Positions 35,330 through 46,368 of a DNA stretch of 64,000 nucleotides are shown in pieces. This stretch comes from Dehalococcoidales bacterium (GTDB lineage: Bacteria > Chloroflexota > Dehalococcoidia > Dehalococcoidales > Fen-1064). Made by a program: the position numbers and the translations under genes. The stretch's first letter is position 1, and every line of letters begins with the position of its first letter. The stretch is from assembly GCA_020342155.1 (NCBI GenBank), contig CP070842.1, positions 876,034-940,033 on the forward strand. The letters run 5' to 3'. Below the pieces are notes generated by a model. The model was not told the origin of the DNA. It was given only the letters and a program-made list of their open reading frames with translations, and ran no database searches.

Positions 35330-36016
35330 ATGTCAACAGAAGAGTCTGGTATCAGTGGTATTGATACGCGTGTTATCCAAACAGAAACCCTGAAAAAAGA
35401 TGACCTTGACAAGGTACATCAGTTGTTTGACCTGTCATACCGTCAGGCCAATCATTCATATCTGGAAAAGTCTTTATCGAAATTGAGACACTTAGCATTA
35501 GCCACATCGGGGGAGACGCCGGTGGGATTTGCGTTGGCTGATACAGTAAAAACTCAAATTCCCCGTTTGCCCGAGCCGCAAATTGTTACCCTGGCCGGTA
35601 TCTGCTGTATTTCTCCGAATTATCGCCGTATGGGTCTATTTAGAAAACTGGAAGGCCTGGCGGCAAGTGCCAGCGGTATTTTATTGCCTGTAGAAAGACG
35701 TGTCCTGACGTGTGGTCGGATGGCACACCCGGCCAGCTTTCGTACTATCAGTCGGTCACCGGCGGTCATCCCGAAATACGGGGTGCCCTTATCCGATTGG
35801 CAGAAAGAGGTCGGGCTCAGGATTGCCGAGTTGTACGGGATCAACCTTGACCTGGAGACGATGGTGGTGATTGGTGAGGGAGTGCCAATCGGGTACCCGA
35901 TTATCGAGCAGGAGGTCACCGAGGAGGAGTGGTTGCCTTTTGAGGCGGTCAACCGCGACCGTGGGGACAGTCTACTCGGCATCACCTGGAGTCCGGATGC
36001 ACCGGAGGGGTGGTGA
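35330..36016 (+). CDS. Hypothetical protein, possibly GNAT-fold
   Basis: 228 aa. A weak acetyl-CoA-binding-like segment is NYRRMGLFRKLEGLA. Confidence 0.45.
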   Translation: MSTEESGISGIDTRVIQTETLKKDDLDKVHQLFDLSYRQANHSYLEKSLSKLRHLALATSGETPVGFALADTVKTQIPRLPEPQIVTLAGICCISPNYRRMGLFRKLEGLAASASGILLPVERRVLTCGRMAHPASFRTISRSPAVIPKYGVPLSDWQKEVGLRIAELYGINLDLETMVVIGEGVPIGYPIIEQEVTEEEWLPFEAVNRDRGDSLLGITWSPDAPEGW

Positions 36017-36035
36017 GGATAAAATTGGTATAAAG

Positions 36036-37022
36036 ATGGTTGACAGCTACCAGGAAGATGAAATCCAGGCTTTGATAGTGCTGGCCGAACTAACCGAGCC
36101 AGCTGAAACTGCCAACAACAATTTCTACAAATTCTACCCGAAAAGTATGGAGGAGGCCCAAACATACTTCAGACGATTTGCCCTCAACCTATCAACGGCT
36201 TTTGAGACCCTGGCAGAAAAAGGGCTCTTGCATAAAGAAGACGACAACTGGTCTTTAACTCGTGCAGGTAAGTCTACCGCTGATGATATCAGAAGACTTC
36301 GACCACCAATCTGGTACTGGTACAAGGATTTCTACATAGCAAATGAGCACAGCCAGGCTTTCTCGGAATACTGCCGGCTTGTTTTCGGCAAAGATTTGGG
36401 ACAGCATGGTTTCAGCGATATTGACCAAATAAACAGGATGCTCGAGATAGTAAAACCTGATGAGACGTTACAGGTGCTTGATATCGGATGCGGTAACGGA
36501 GGGATAGCCGAGTATATATCCGACTTAACTCAAGCCTCAGTGACCGGTGTCGACTATATTGCTGAGGCTATTGACCAGGCTCTAGAACGAACAGAAGATA
36601 AAAGGAACCGGTTGCATTTTATAGTCGGTAACATAGAGGCGTTGGATTTTGAAGACGACTCATTTGATATTATCCTGTCGATTGACTCGATATTCTTCGG
36701 CAGAGACTTGAAGACAACACTGGCGGGCCTGAGAAAAATAATCAAACCTGATGGACAAATAGCCATCTTCTGTGAAGAAGACCTGTCATCTGCCCTAAAA
36801 GAGAATGGTCTGGCATACAGAGTTTATGATTTCAGCGAAGAGCATTACGTTCATATGCAACTAAAGCACCAAATTGCCAGCGGGATGCAGCAAGCGTTCG
36901 CAGACGAGGGAAATACCTTCATCTGGGAGAACCTGATGAGAGAATCTATTGCCAGCCCAGAGCCCTATAATCGGGACACGTCTTCGACATCACGATACCT
37001 GTATCATGTCAAGAAGGATTAA
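36036..37022 (+). CDS. SAM-dependent methyltransferase with N-terminal helical (possibly wHTH) domain
   Basis: Motif I is VLDIGCGNGGIAEYI, with FDIILSIDSIFF and IKPDGQIAIF. The start is the ATG at 36036. The track extension back to 35871 overlaps the previous gene. Confidence 0.7.
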   Translation: MVDSYQEDEIQALIVLAELTEPAETANNNFYKFYPKSMEEAQTYFRRFALNLSTAFETLAEKGLLHKEDDNWSLTRAGKSTADDIRRLRPPIWYWYKDFYIANEHSQAFSEYCRLVFGKDLGQHGFSDIDQINRMLEIVKPDETLQVLDIGCGNGGIAEYISDLTQASVTGVDYIAEAIDQALERTEDKRNRLHFIVGNIEALDFEDDSFDIILSIDSIFFGRDLKTTLAGLRKIIKPDGQIAIFCEEDLSSALKENGLAYRVYDFSEEHYVHMQLKHQIASGMQQAFADEGNTFIWENLMRESIASPEPYNRDTSSTSRYLYHVKKD

Positions 37023-37635
37023 CCTTTATCAAGTTGTTGGCCAGGGGCCGGTTTTAGCAGGAGAACCGAAAAGGAGAATAGCTTTGCCGGAAAAGAACCC
37101 ACAAGACGCACAGGAAATTGAAGAGGCAGTTGTTTTTCTGGTGACCCGAATGATGGAGTCGGGGCACAATCCCAAGCCGGTTGTTTTACACAGTGTACGT
37201 ATGGGTATGTATTTATACAATTACAGCTACGAGCCTGATATTGTTAAAGCTGCCATCCTGCATGACATCACAGAAGACTCGGATACCAGTATCGATGAGA
37301 TTAAAGAACGGTTCGGGGAGAGGGTGGCTCAGCTGGTACAGGCGAATACCTTTGATAGTACTGCTGGTGATAGGGCTGTTCAGGGTGAGGAGTGTCTACA
37401 ACGGTGCTTGGAGTACGGAATGGACGCTTTCATTGTAAAGGCAGCCGACAAATTAGAAAATAGCTTTTACGTTGTGGATCCGGTGGCTGCCAGGGATTGG
37501 TCTGAGTTCTGGGTTGCCGAGATGCGGCATATGCTTGATGTCGCACAGCCCGTAATTGGGAGTGAACCGATTTGGCAGGAACTCAATCAGCAGTGTCATA
37601 AATTAGAAGCTGCTATTAAGCAACTTGAGGCCTGA
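37006..37635 (+). CDS. HD-domain protein, RelA/SpoT-hydrolase-like (small alarmone hydrolase-like)
   Basis: HSVRMGMYL...AAILHDITEDSDTSIDEIKERFGERVAQLV resembles the HD_4 (p)ppGpp hydrolase signature. The start is uncertain. Confidence 0.55.
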   Translation: MSRRINLYQVVGQGPVLAGEPKRRIALPEKNPQDAQEIEEAVVFLVTRMMESGHNPKPVVLHSVRMGMYLYNYSYEPDIVKAAILHDITEDSDTSIDEIKERFGERVAQLVQANTFDSTAGDRAVQGEECLQRCLEYGMDAFIVKAADKLENSFYVVDPVAARDWSEFWVAEMRHMLDVAQPVIGSEPIWQELNQQCHKLEAAIKQLEA

Positions 37636-37658
37636 CGACTAGTTGTGGTTTATGTACC

Positions 37659-39317
37659 TTACATCCTGTCCGGTGCTGTCATCCCCATGAGATGAAGAGT
37701 CCTGGCGAGCACAATCTTAGTGGCCCCCACCAGCTTAAGTCTGGACTTGGTCAGTGTCTGGTCATCGGAGATGACACGGCACAGTTTATAGAAGCTATGG
37801 AACGTGGTGGCCAGGGTCTGGGCATAGTAAGTGAGGTGGTGCGGCTCAAGGGTCTGGACGACCACCTCGACCATCTCCGGCAGGAGCAACAGCTTTCGGA
37901 TAAGGGTCAGCTCGGGCTCACTGGTAAGGAGAGATACGTCTCCGTCGGCATGAGTTATTCCCCGTTCTCCGGCGACACGCAGGATACTGGCGATACGGGC
38001 GTGGGCGTACTGGACGTAGTAGACTGGATTATCTGGGGCCTCTTTCTTGGCTAGTTCCAGGTCGAAGTCCATCTGGCTGTCAGCCGAGCGGGACAGGAAG
38101 AAGTAGCGGCAGGCATCCGTCCCTACCTCATCGATTACCTCACGCAGAGTAATGATATCCCCGCTGCGCTTGGAGACGCGCATTAGTTCACTACCTCGGC
38201 GGAGGGTGACCATCTGATGGATTATCAGCTCCAGCCGGTCAGGGTCGATACCCAGGGCACCAATAACCGCCTTCAGTCGTGAGACGTGGCCCTGGTGGTC
38301 GGCCCCCCAGATGTCGATAACACGGTCGAACTTACGCTCGATGAACTTGTTGTAGTGATAGGCGATATCGGCGGCAAAATAGGTAGGCAAGCCATCACCA
38401 CGCACGACCACATTGTCCTTGTCCTCGCCGAGGGCAGTGGAAACGAACCATGTAGCATTCTCCTTTTCTGCCAGGTAACCGCCTTCACGGAGTAGCGACA
38501 TCACTTTTTCGAACTGCCCGTTTTCATAGAGGCTCTGCTCGCTGAACCAGGCATCGAAGTCTACTCGAAGCAGCTTGAGGTCTTCCCGCATCTGGCTCAG
38601 AATCCTCTCAAAACCGAGCCTGCCCAGTGCGGACATGGCCTCTACTTCGGGTATGGTCAGGAAACGGTCGCCTACCTCATTAATGAGCTCCTTGGCGAGG
38701 TCGACCATGTAGTTACCGAGGTAGCCCTCGGAGGGCATCTCAGCGTCTTTGCCGAGGTATTGCTGGTAACGCGCGAACAGGGAGCGTCGGAAGGCCTCCA
38801 TCTGGCTACCGGCATCGTTGAAATAGTATTCTTTCTCCACCTGATAGCCACCGGCGGTGAGGGTGTTGGAAAGGGTACTACCGAGGATGGCGCCGCGTCC
38901 GTGCCCGACGTGCAGCGGCCCGGTTGGGTTGATGCTGACAAACTCCACCTGTACCCGGCTGCCATGACCGAGGTCGATATTGCCAAAAGTCTCTCCAGCA
39001 TTGAGGATAGATTCGACCTGCTGTGCCAGCCAGTTGTCCTTGAGGGTGAAGTTGATAAATCCGGGTGGGGCGGCCGTGATATTTTCGATTTCCGCGGTGG
39101 CCGGAATCAGACTGACCATCTCACGGGCAATATCCAGCGGGTTGGTGCCAGCCGAGCGTGCCAGTTTAAGGGGTAAACTGGAGGCATAGTCGCCATGCTC
39201 GGGGTTCTGTGGGCGCTCGATGGTTACCGGCGGTAGGGTTACCGAGGGCAGCTTACCCGACTGCTGGGCTTGTGCCGCCGCCTGTGTCAGCAGGTCAATC
39301 AGTATTTCTTTAAGCAT
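37659..39317 (-). CDS. argS: Arginyl-tRNA synthetase
   Basis: [16 protein letters not shown] carries the HIGH motif. The DALR anticodon-binding C-terminus ends in ...GMTAPDRM. Confidence 0.95.
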   Translation of the reverse strand: MLKEILIDLLTQAAAQAQQSGKLPSVTLPPVTIERPQNPEHGDYASSLPLKLARSAGTNPLDIAREMVSLIPATAEIENITAAPPGFINFTLKDNWLAQQVESILNAGETFGNIDLGHGSRVQVEFVSINPTGPLHVGHGRGAILGSTLSNTLTAGGYQVEKEYYFNDAGSQMEAFRRSLFARYQQYLGKDAEMPSEGYLGNYMVDLAKELINEVGDRFLTIPEVEAMSALGRLGFERILSQMREDLKLLRVDFDAWFSEQSLYENGQFEKVMSLLREGGYLAEKENATWFVSTALGEDKDNVVVRGDGLPTYFAADIAYHYNKFIERKFDRVIDIWGADHQGHVSRLKAVIGALGIDPDRLELIIHQMVTLRRGSELMRVSKRSGDIITLREVIDEVGTDACRYFFLSRSADSQMDFDLELAKKEAPDNPVYYVQYAHARIASILRVAGERGITHADGDVSLLTSEPELTLIRKLLLLPEMVEVVVQTLEPHHLTYYAQTLATTFHSFYKLCRVISDDQTLTKSRLKLVGATKIVLARTLHLMGMTAPDRM

Positions 39318-39433
39318 CTATCTCTTGGTTTAGAACTAGAGTACGTCTGAATTATAACATAACAAAGGTGATAACGTGAGGACGTGAGACCACCGGACTT
39401 GCGAGTAGTAATCAGGGTCAGATATGGGACCAG

Positions 39434-40159
39434 CTAACTCTCTTTAGCCGTATCTGGCCGCTGCCTAGAGCCCCGGTTGCCTCTGTTCAAATAGTCTTCC
39501 ATTGACATCAGGTCACGGCTCACTATCTCGAGTGTCTGATGTGATATTTCGTCTTGCCGGATTAATTGTCGACCGGCATCACGGGCGGCTTCAATAACAT
39601 CATCGACCAGACCTGGAATTTGAAGCATCCGCTTTAAGGCCGGTCCGTGGGGCCGTAGTAACGCTCCCTTAAACCTCATTTTTGTATTCTTGCAGATTGC
39701 CTGGACATGTACAAGCAGGGCATTGAAATTGTCCTTTTCCCAGAAACCACAGTTTGAGACCAGCACCATCCTGGATGCTCGGCTCTGACCTCGCCCCGGG
39801 TGCCGGATATGGCCGTCACGTAATTCGAAGGAAGGTCGAGCATTCGGAATGATTCGGTCGATGAGGTTCTTCATCGGCCCGGACATGCCATCAACATAGA
39901 GCGGCGTGGCCAGGACCCAGATTTTGGCCTCATTCATTTTAGGGAGGAGCCATTGCATGTCGTCCTTCTGGAAGCACTCCCCCGGTGTCTTGAACCAGCA
40001 GTTGAACTCGCCCTGGCAGGGGTTTATATTGAGTTTCTTGGTGTAGTAAAGGTCAACCTCCGCCCCGGCCTCCCTCATACCTTCGATAAAGGGATTGAGG
40101 ATAACGGCGGTGTTGCCTTTGTCCATATTGGGGCTGGAGTTGATAGCGACTACTTTCAT
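39434..40159 (-). CDS. Flavodoxin-fold NAD(P)H-dependent FMN reductase-like protein
   Basis: MKVVAINSSPNMDKGNT..., ATPLYVDGMSGPMKNLIDR. Confidence 0.7.
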   Translation of the reverse strand: MKVVAINSSPNMDKGNTAVILNPFIEGMREAGAEVDLYYTKKLNINPCQGEFNCWFKTPGECFQKDDMQWLLPKMNEAKIWVLATPLYVDGMSGPMKNLIDRIIPNARPSFELRDGHIRHPGRGQSRASRMVLVSNCGFWEKDNFNALLVHVQAICKNTKMRFKGALLRPHGPALKRMLQIPGLVDDVIEAARDAGRQLIRQDEISHQTLEIVSRDLMSMEDYLNRGNRGSRQRPDTAKES

Positions 40160-40243
40160 TAATGTTCTCTCCTGGTGCGGTTATAGGAGTGTGTAGAGTA
40201 CTAGCCCTCTTTCAATTCTACAACATTGACTTGGAGTTTTCCT

Positions 40244-42691
40244 CTAACTCCACTCCCCAGCCTCGGTTGTCCACACCCGCGTCATTTCTTTGAGCAGGGG
40301 GGCATGCTCCGGTTTCTCCAAGGCTCTATCTTCCTCGAAGAGCTTCAGGGCTTCGGTGCGGGCCATTTCCAGCAGGGGTACATCGGAGAGTTTGGCCATA
40401 CGCAGGTCGGGCAGGCCGCTCTGCCTCGTGCCGAAGAACTCCCCCGGCCCGCGTAATTTTAAATCTTCCTCGGCAAGCTTGAAGCCGTCCTGGGTGTTCT
40501 CGATGATGTCGAGTCGCATCCGGGCGACCTCCGAAGGCTCCTGTGCCATGAGCATGCAGTAGCTCTGCTCTTTACCCCGTCCCACCCGGCCGCGGAACTG
40601 GTGAAGCTGGGAAAGCCCGAAGCGGTCAGCGCTCTCCACCATCATCACGGTGGCATTGGGCACATCAATGCCGACCTCCACAACCGCTGTCGAGACCAGA
40701 ATATCCAGCTCGTCGTTGTAGAAGCGGCGCATTACCTTTTCTTTATCTGCCGCCGAGAGACGACCGTGCAGTAAGCCCAGCTTGAGGTCGGGGAAGACCT
40801 CGCGGGAGAGGTGCTCGTGCTCAATCGTGGCGGCTCTTGCCTGGACTACCTCCGATTCTTCAATCAGCGGGCAGATAATGAAGGCCTGGCGACCAGCAGA
40901 TATCTCGCGGCGCAGGAAGGCATAAGCACTCTCGCGCTGCGATGGTTTGAGCCACTTCGTCTTGATTTCCTGTCGGCCCGGTGGCAGCTCGTCGATGACC
41001 GATAAGTCGAGGTCACCGTAGAGGGTCAGGGCCAGTGTCCGGGGGATGGGGGTAGCCGTCATTACGAGCACATGGGGATTATGTCCCTTCTGGCGCAGGG
41101 TAGAGCGCTGGGCGACGCCGAAACGGTGCTGTTCATCGATTACGGTCAGGCCCATGCGTTGGAACTCTACTTCCTTCTGAATAAGGGCGTGGGTGCCGAT
41201 AACGATGTCGATATCACCATCCTGAATTTGCCGGTGGAGTTCCCGTTTCCGGGCTGCCGGGGTGGCGCCCATCAAGAGGGCGACGGTGATGGGCCGGGAC
41301 AGGATGCCGGAGTAGGTGTTTATGTGATTTTCCTGCTCCCCGGTCTGTCCGGTTGCCGAGAGCAACTGGCAGATGGTACCGAAGTGCTGCTCCGCCAGTA
41401 TTTCGGTGGGTGCCATTAGTGCTCCCTGGCAGTCGTTGGCAGCGGCCATGAGCAGCCCGGCGGTGGCCACCACTGTTTTACCACTGCCGACCTCTCCCTG
41501 TAGCAGCCGCGACATCGACTTTGATTTCTCGAGGTCGGCTAACAACTCCTTAAGTACCCTATCCTGAGCGGCGGTCAGCTGGAAGGGTAGCGATTTTATA
41601 AATTTGTCGAGCACTTCTATCTGGGTACCTAGGGGATTTGCTGCCTGGTCTTCCTGCCATTCCCGCTTCTTGTTCAGTACACCGAGCTGGAGGAGGAAAA
41701 GCTCGTCAAAGGCCAATCTAACCCGGGCCCGGTCTTTCAGAGCTTCATCATCCGGGTAGTGTGCGTGGTAAATTGCCTGGGGTAGTTCCAGCAGGTCGCG
41801 GTGTTGTTTTATCGCCTCTGGTAAGAAATCGGGCACCTGCCACGCCCACTGGTCGGTGACCTGCTTCATCAGCTTTCGTACCTGCCGTGGGCGCAGTCCC
41901 TGAGTGAGGGGGTAGACGGGGACGAGACGTCCGGTGTGGATCAGGTCTGTCTCCTGCACCGGTTCCCACTCAGGGGACTCAAAGACATAACGTCCCTGGA
42001 AGAGCTTTACCCGACCGCTTAGGACTATCCGGGTATTGGTCGTGAGCTGACGGACGAGATAGGGATTGTTGAACCATACCGCCCTGACATTACCCGTCTC
42101 ATCACCGACGATAGCCTCAGTGCTGCGTCGTCCGCCCGGTCTCGTCTCGGTTGCCTGCCACACATTGGCTACGATGGTCTCCTCTTCACCTTCGGTAAGC
42201 TGCGAGACGGTCTTTATCCGGCTGTAGTCGAGGTGGCGGTGTGGAAATAAATATAGCAGGTCGCGGATAGTCCTGACACCCAGCTTTTCGAACCTGGTGG
42301 CGGTACTGGCACTGATACCTTTCACAACCGTTATCGGGGAATCGAGGGAACCAGCGACCGGACCGGGTTGTCTGGCCCTTGGTGTCGGGTGGCTGGTTCG
42401 CGGGGCCGACTTTGGTCCTGGCTTCTTTTCTGCCTCTGCCAGTATTTCTTCGAGGAGATTCAGAACTTCCGCCGCCCACTGTTGTCGTTGCTCTCTGGTC
42501 AGTGTTGCGTAGTGGGGTTTATCAAGACCGAGCTTACGAAAGCGACCGAGCAGCCGGCGATTACTTATCGATGCTATTGCCGGGCCACTCCAGTTCTGGA
42601 GAAATCTGTCCAGACCACCGATTACGGCTGTATCCGCATAGCCCTTGCTTAGTTCGAGTTTGAGGATTTTACGCAGAGACTCGAAATCCAT
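40244..42691 (-). CDS. recG: ATP-dependent DNA helicase RecG
   Basis: LQGEVGSGKTVVA (Walker A), DEQHRFGV, VMTATPIPRTLAL, QLHQFRGRVGRG. The wedge domain lies upstream. Confidence 0.95.
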   Translation of the reverse strand: MDFESLRKILKLELSKGYADTAVIGGLDRFLQNWSGPAIASISNRRLLGRFRKLGLDKPHYATLTREQRQQWAAEVLNLLEEILAEAEKKPGPKSAPRTSHPTPRARQPGPVAGSLDSPITVVKGISASTATRFEKLGVRTIRDLLYLFPHRHLDYSRIKTVSQLTEGEEETIVANVWQATETRPGGRRSTEAIVGDETGNVRAVWFNNPYLVRQLTTNTRIVLSGRVKLFQGRYVFESPEWEPVQETDLIHTGRLVPVYPLTQGLRPRQVRKLMKQVTDQWAWQVPDFLPEAIKQHRDLLELPQAIYHAHYPDDEALKDRARVRLAFDELFLLQLGVLNKKREWQEDQAANPLGTQIEVLDKFIKSLPFQLTAAQDRVLKELLADLEKSKSMSRLLQGEVGSGKTVVATAGLLMAAANDCQGALMAPTEILAEQHFGTICQLLSATGQTGEQENHINTYSGILSRPITVALLMGATPAARKRELHRQIQDGDIDIVIGTHALIQKEVEFQRMGLTVIDEQHRFGVAQRSTLRQKGHNPHVLVMTATPIPRTLALTLYGDLDLSVIDELPPGRQEIKTKWLKPSQRESAYAFLRREISAGRQAFIICPLIEESEVVQARAATIEHEHLSREVFPDLKLGLLHGRLSAADKEKVMRRFYNDELDILVSTAVVEVGIDVPNATVMMVESADRFGLSQLHQFRGRVGRGKEQSYCMLMAQEPSEVARMRLDIIENTQDGFKLAEEDLKLRGPGEFFGTRQSGLPDLRMAKLSDVPLLEMARTEALKLFEEDRALEKPEHAPLLKEMTRVWTTEAGEWS

Positions 42692-42820
42692 TGATAGAAC
42701 CTTGCCTTCATAGCTTACGCAATAGTCGATAGAGGAGCGAATCGCAGCCTAGTCGTGGTGATTGAATGCACCACTCTAAATGACCGGTCAGTGGTACTGC
42801 GTTAACGACCGTCAGCAGCA

Positions 42821-43666
42821 TTAAATGCCCGTGCCTTCTAACACGGTTACGGCGATGGCATTCGGACCAGCGTAGGTCCCTAGTACTGGACTGACCACAG
42901 ACCGCACAATCGGCACATTGGGAACGGAAACACTCAAACGGTCAACCAGTCTATCGGCTATCTCAGGCTGGGTGCTGTGCTCAACAGCTAATGCTTCGAC
43001 GTGTTGGAAGCTGGTGATGAAGTTGTACAGGTATTCGGTTCCAGCCGCCTGTGACCGTAATCGGGTTACTGGGGAGATTTCCCCTTCCTTAATGGTGAGT
43101 ATCGGCTTGATTGACAGCATTGAGCCCAGCATGCCCTGGGCCTTACCGATGCGTCCGCCCTTGGCCAGGTACTTAAGGGTATCAAAGTAGACGAGGAAAT
43201 GTGCTCGGGATAGTGCTTGGTGCACGAAATCAACCAGTGCGTCCAGCTTCATCCCCTCCTGGGCTGCTCTGGTCGCAGCAAGGACTACCAACCCCAGTGC
43301 CATGGCCACTGTTTGTGAGTCAATTACCTCTACACTGCACTTCTTCTCCATCATCTCGATAGCACCCATCGCAGACTGATAGGTGCCGCTGAGTTTTGAA
43401 GATAGGGTGATGACCAGAATTTCGTCGGTCTCTTCGGCCAGCCTGTTATAGACATCAGCGAAGGCCTGGGGAGTGGGCTGAGTGGTTGTGGGTACGATGT
43501 CTTGAGTGGTCAGTCGGTGATAGAACTCCTCGGTGGTGATAGTGACCCGGTCGAGATAGGTCTCACGACCGAACAGCACTGTCAGTGGCACAATTGTGAT
43601 GTCCAGGCCCCCAGAGTTGTCCTCGGTTATATCTGACAGGCTATCAGTGACAATCTTAACTGTCAT
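42821..43666 (-). CDS. DegV-family fatty-acid-binding protein
   Basis: MTVKIVTDSLSDI..., with length and layout typical of DegV. Confidence 0.88.
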   Translation of the reverse strand: MTVKIVTDSLSDITEDNSGGLDITIVPLTVLFGRETYLDRVTITTEEFYHRLTTQDIVPTTTQPTPQAFADVYNRLAEETDEILVITLSSKLSGTYQSAMGAIEMMEKKCSVEVIDSQTVAMALGLVVLAATRAAQEGMKLDALVDFVHQALSRAHFLVYFDTLKYLAKGGRIGKAQGMLGSMLSIKPILTIKEGEISPVTRLRSQAAGTEYLYNFITSFQHVEALAVEHSTQPEIADRLVDRLSVSVPNVPIVRSVVSPVLGTYAGPNAIAVTVLEGTGI

Positions 43667-43681
43667 CGCTAGAGTCCTCCC

Positions 43682-45316
43682 TCATTCTATGGAGACAATA
43701 TAGTGGTAGTGAGGCTGGTCGCCTCGGACCACCTCAACTTGAAGCTGGGTATGCTGCTCGCGGATGGTAGCACTGGCCTGCTCGGCCTCCGTCTGTTCCG
43801 TGTCGGCGCCAAAGTATATCGTAACTATCTCCTGATTATCCAGGTCCAGTTTGGCCAGGGTATCGTAGAGGACACTGGTAGTATCATCCCCTACTGTCAC
43901 CAGTTCACCATCGAGGAGACCGATGGCCTGTTTACGCTTGATTTTAATACCGTTTATCTTGGTGGAGCGTACCGCTCGTGTAATCTCTACTGACCTGACC
44001 GACGGTAATGCCTGCTTCATCAGCCGGGCATTGGTCGTGAGGTCAGCCTCGAAGTCGAAGGCTAGGAGAGCGGCCACGCCTTGTGGTATTGTTTCCGTGG
44101 CCACAATCTCAACATTTTTATCTGTTATGGATGTGACCTGCTCGGCGGCAAGCACAATGTTCTTGTTGTTGGGTAGGACAATAACCTTATCGGATGCGGT
44201 TGATTCGATGGCGTGCAGTATGTCCTTGGTACTGGGATTCATCGTCTGTCCGCCAGGGACAATGGCAGTCACACCGAGACTGGAAAAAACCTCGGCGAGT
44301 CCATTGCCGGAGACCACAGCCACGATAGCCATATCAACCGCTGGAGCCTTGTCCTTCTGCATGTCGAGAAAGTCGCGGTGCTGCTCGTCCATGTTGCGGA
44401 TGGAAATCTGGTGCATTGTCCCCAGCGAGGCGGCATAGTGGATGACATCACCGGGGTCTAGGGTATGGATGTGAATGCGGGTGGTCGTGTCATCACCGAC
44501 CACAATCAGGGATTCTCCCCTCTTCTCTAGCTTCGTTCTAATCTTGTCCGGCTTAAGCTTCTGGCCTTTAACCATGAACTCGGTACAGTAGCCGAAGGGC
44601 ACTTCGTCGGCGGCAATCATCTCTGGGGGTCTGGCCGTTAAGGGTATACTGCTGGCGACAATCTGAGGCTTGCGAAACTGTATCTGTTCCGCCTCTCCCC
44701 GCAGATAATGGAGAGCACCCTCGAGGAGGGTATAGAGGCCCTGCCCCCCGGCATCTACCACTCCGGACTCTTTCAGGATCGGGAGCAATGCCGGGGTATT
44801 GGCTACTGACGCGTTGGCGGCATTAACAACTGCCTCCATTACGGAAGTCAGGTTAGTGTCCCCCTCACTTACCAGTTTCTGTGCAGCTGAGGAAGCATCC
44901 TTGATAACGGTTAGAATTGTTCCCTCTACCGGGTTACTCAGCCCTTTGTAGGCCATCCGTGATGCTTCCGCTAAAGCGTCGGCCAAATCGGCTCCAGTCA
45001 ACGATTCCTTGCCGGCCACATCCTGTGCTAGACCTCTCAGTATCTGTGATAGTATCACGCCGCTGTTGCCCCTTGCCCCCATCAAGGCACCCTTGCCGAT
45101 AGCCTGTGCTATTGCTGAGGTGCTGTTGTCGGGAGCACGATAGGCCTCCTCCATGCAGGAGTGCATCGTCAGCAGCATATTGGTTCCGGTATCACCATCG
45201 GGCACGGGGAAGACGTTTAGAGCATCAATTTCTGAGGCGCTCTTCTCGAGCCAGGCAGTGGCGCAAGTAAACATCTCACGGAAATCCTGTCCGGTGATAA
45301 CTTCGCTTTGCCTCAT
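43682..45316 (-). CDS. DAK2-domain fusion protein (YloV-like)
   Basis: DGDTGTNM and GARGNSGVILSQ are DhaL/DAK2 motifs. The C-terminal domain is YloV-type. Synteny rpmB | yloV-degV-recG matches other bacteria. I preferred the ATG at 45316 to the TTG at 45358. Confidence 0.85.
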   Translation of the reverse strand: MRQSEVITGQDFREMFTCATAWLEKSASEIDALNVFPVPDGDTGTNMLLTMHSCMEEAYRAPDNSTSAIAQAIGKGALMGARGNSGVILSQILRGLAQDVAGKESLTGADLADALAEASRMAYKGLSNPVEGTILTVIKDASSAAQKLVSEGDTNLTSVMEAVVNAANASVANTPALLPILKESGVVDAGGQGLYTLLEGALHYLRGEAEQIQFRKPQIVASSIPLTARPPEMIAADEVPFGYCTEFMVKGQKLKPDKIRTKLEKRGESLIVVGDDTTTRIHIHTLDPGDVIHYAASLGTMHQISIRNMDEQHRDFLDMQKDKAPAVDMAIVAVVSGNGLAEVFSSLGVTAIVPGGQTMNPSTKDILHAIESTASDKVIVLPNNKNIVLAAEQVTSITDKNVEIVATETIPQGVAALLAFDFEADLTTNARLMKQALPSVRSVEITRAVRSTKINGIKIKRKQAIGLLDGELVTVGDDTTSVLYDTLAKLDLDNQEIVTIYFGADTEQTEAEQASATIREQHTQLQVEVVRGDQPHYHYIVSIE

Positions 45317-45509
45317 CTTATTATGTCCTTTCGGGTTCCTTGTGGGTTGCTCAGACAATCTCTGCTGAGCTTGCGGGCAACTAGCCCTTAATTGATGCTT
45401 GCCACGTAATCAATATTGCTGCTCCACGTTTGTCAAGTTTATTTTGCTATGGTAAGATAGTATACAATAAAATACTGCAATCTTACGCAATAGTCAAGGA
45501 GACATAATA

Positions 45510-45713
45510 TTGAAGTGCGATTTGTGTGACAAAACACCCCAGTTCGGCCACAACGTCAGTCATTCCAAGCGTCACACCAAACGGCGATGGCTGCCGAACA
45601 TTCACCCAGTCACTATTGTTGTTGACGGTAAGAAGAAACGACTAAACCTCTGTACGAGGTGCCTGCGTACACAGCACAAGGTAACCAAAATACAGACCTC
45701 TACCTCAGGCTAG
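45510..45713 (+). CDS. rpmB: 50S ribosomal protein L28
   Basis: TTG start. MKCDLCDKTPQFGHNVSHSKRHTKRRWLPNIHPV. Confidence 0.9.
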   Translation: MKCDLCDKTPQFGHNVSHSKRHTKRRWLPNIHPVTIVVDGKKKRLNLCTRCLRTQHKVTKIQTSTSG

Positions 45714-46368
45714 CCCTTATTTTTTCCAGGGATTCTTTCACAGATAGTTCCGTCGCAAATACGGCGGCACCGGCTACTAATACTCTGGCCCCGGCTTCCA
45801 CTACTCTGGCGGCGTTACCGGCGTGGATACCGCCATCCACTTCAAGCTCAGTGGTTAGACCACGGCTGTCGAGCACCATCCGGAGTCGCTTTATCTTGTC
45901 ACACATTGATTCAATAAATTTTTGTCCACCGAAACCAGGATTGACTGTCATCACCAATACCAGGTCGACCTCTGAAAGAATCTCTTCTAGGGAGATAATT
46001 GGTTTGCCCGGACTGAGGGCGACTCCGGCCTTTACTCCCAGTTCCTTAATGTACTGTATTGTCCGATGAATGTGGGTGCAGGCCTCGACATGGACGGTGA
46101 TGATGTCTGCCCCGGCCTGTGCAAACTGGTCAATCTGGTCCTCGGGTGCTTCCACCATCAGGTGGACATCCAAAGGCAGGTTGGTTCGCGAACGGAGTGC
46201 GGCCGCTGTCTGCGCTCCGATGGTTATCGGTGGCACGTAACGTCCATCCATTACATCCACATGAATGTAATCGGCACCGGCGCTGGTCGCTTCGGTGACC
46301 GCATCGCCAAGGTGAGCGTAGTCGGCTGAGAGGATAGACGGAGCAATCTTGACCAGGTCACTTTTCAT
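45700..46368 (-). CDS. rpe: Ribulose-phosphate 3-epimerase
   Basis: IAPSILSADYAHLG..., HVDVMDG, MTVNPGFGGQKF. Confidence 0.93.
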   Translation of the reverse strand: MKSDLVKIAPSILSADYAHLGDAVTEATSAGADYIHVDVMDGRYVPPITIGAQTAAALRSRTNLPLDVHLMVEAPEDQIDQFAQAGADIITVHVEACTHIHRTIQYIKELGVKAGVALSPGKPIISLEEILSEVDLVLVMTVNPGFGGQKFIESMCDKIKRLRMVLDSRGLTTELEVDGGIHAGNAARVVEAGARVLVAGAAVFATELSVKESLEKIRASLR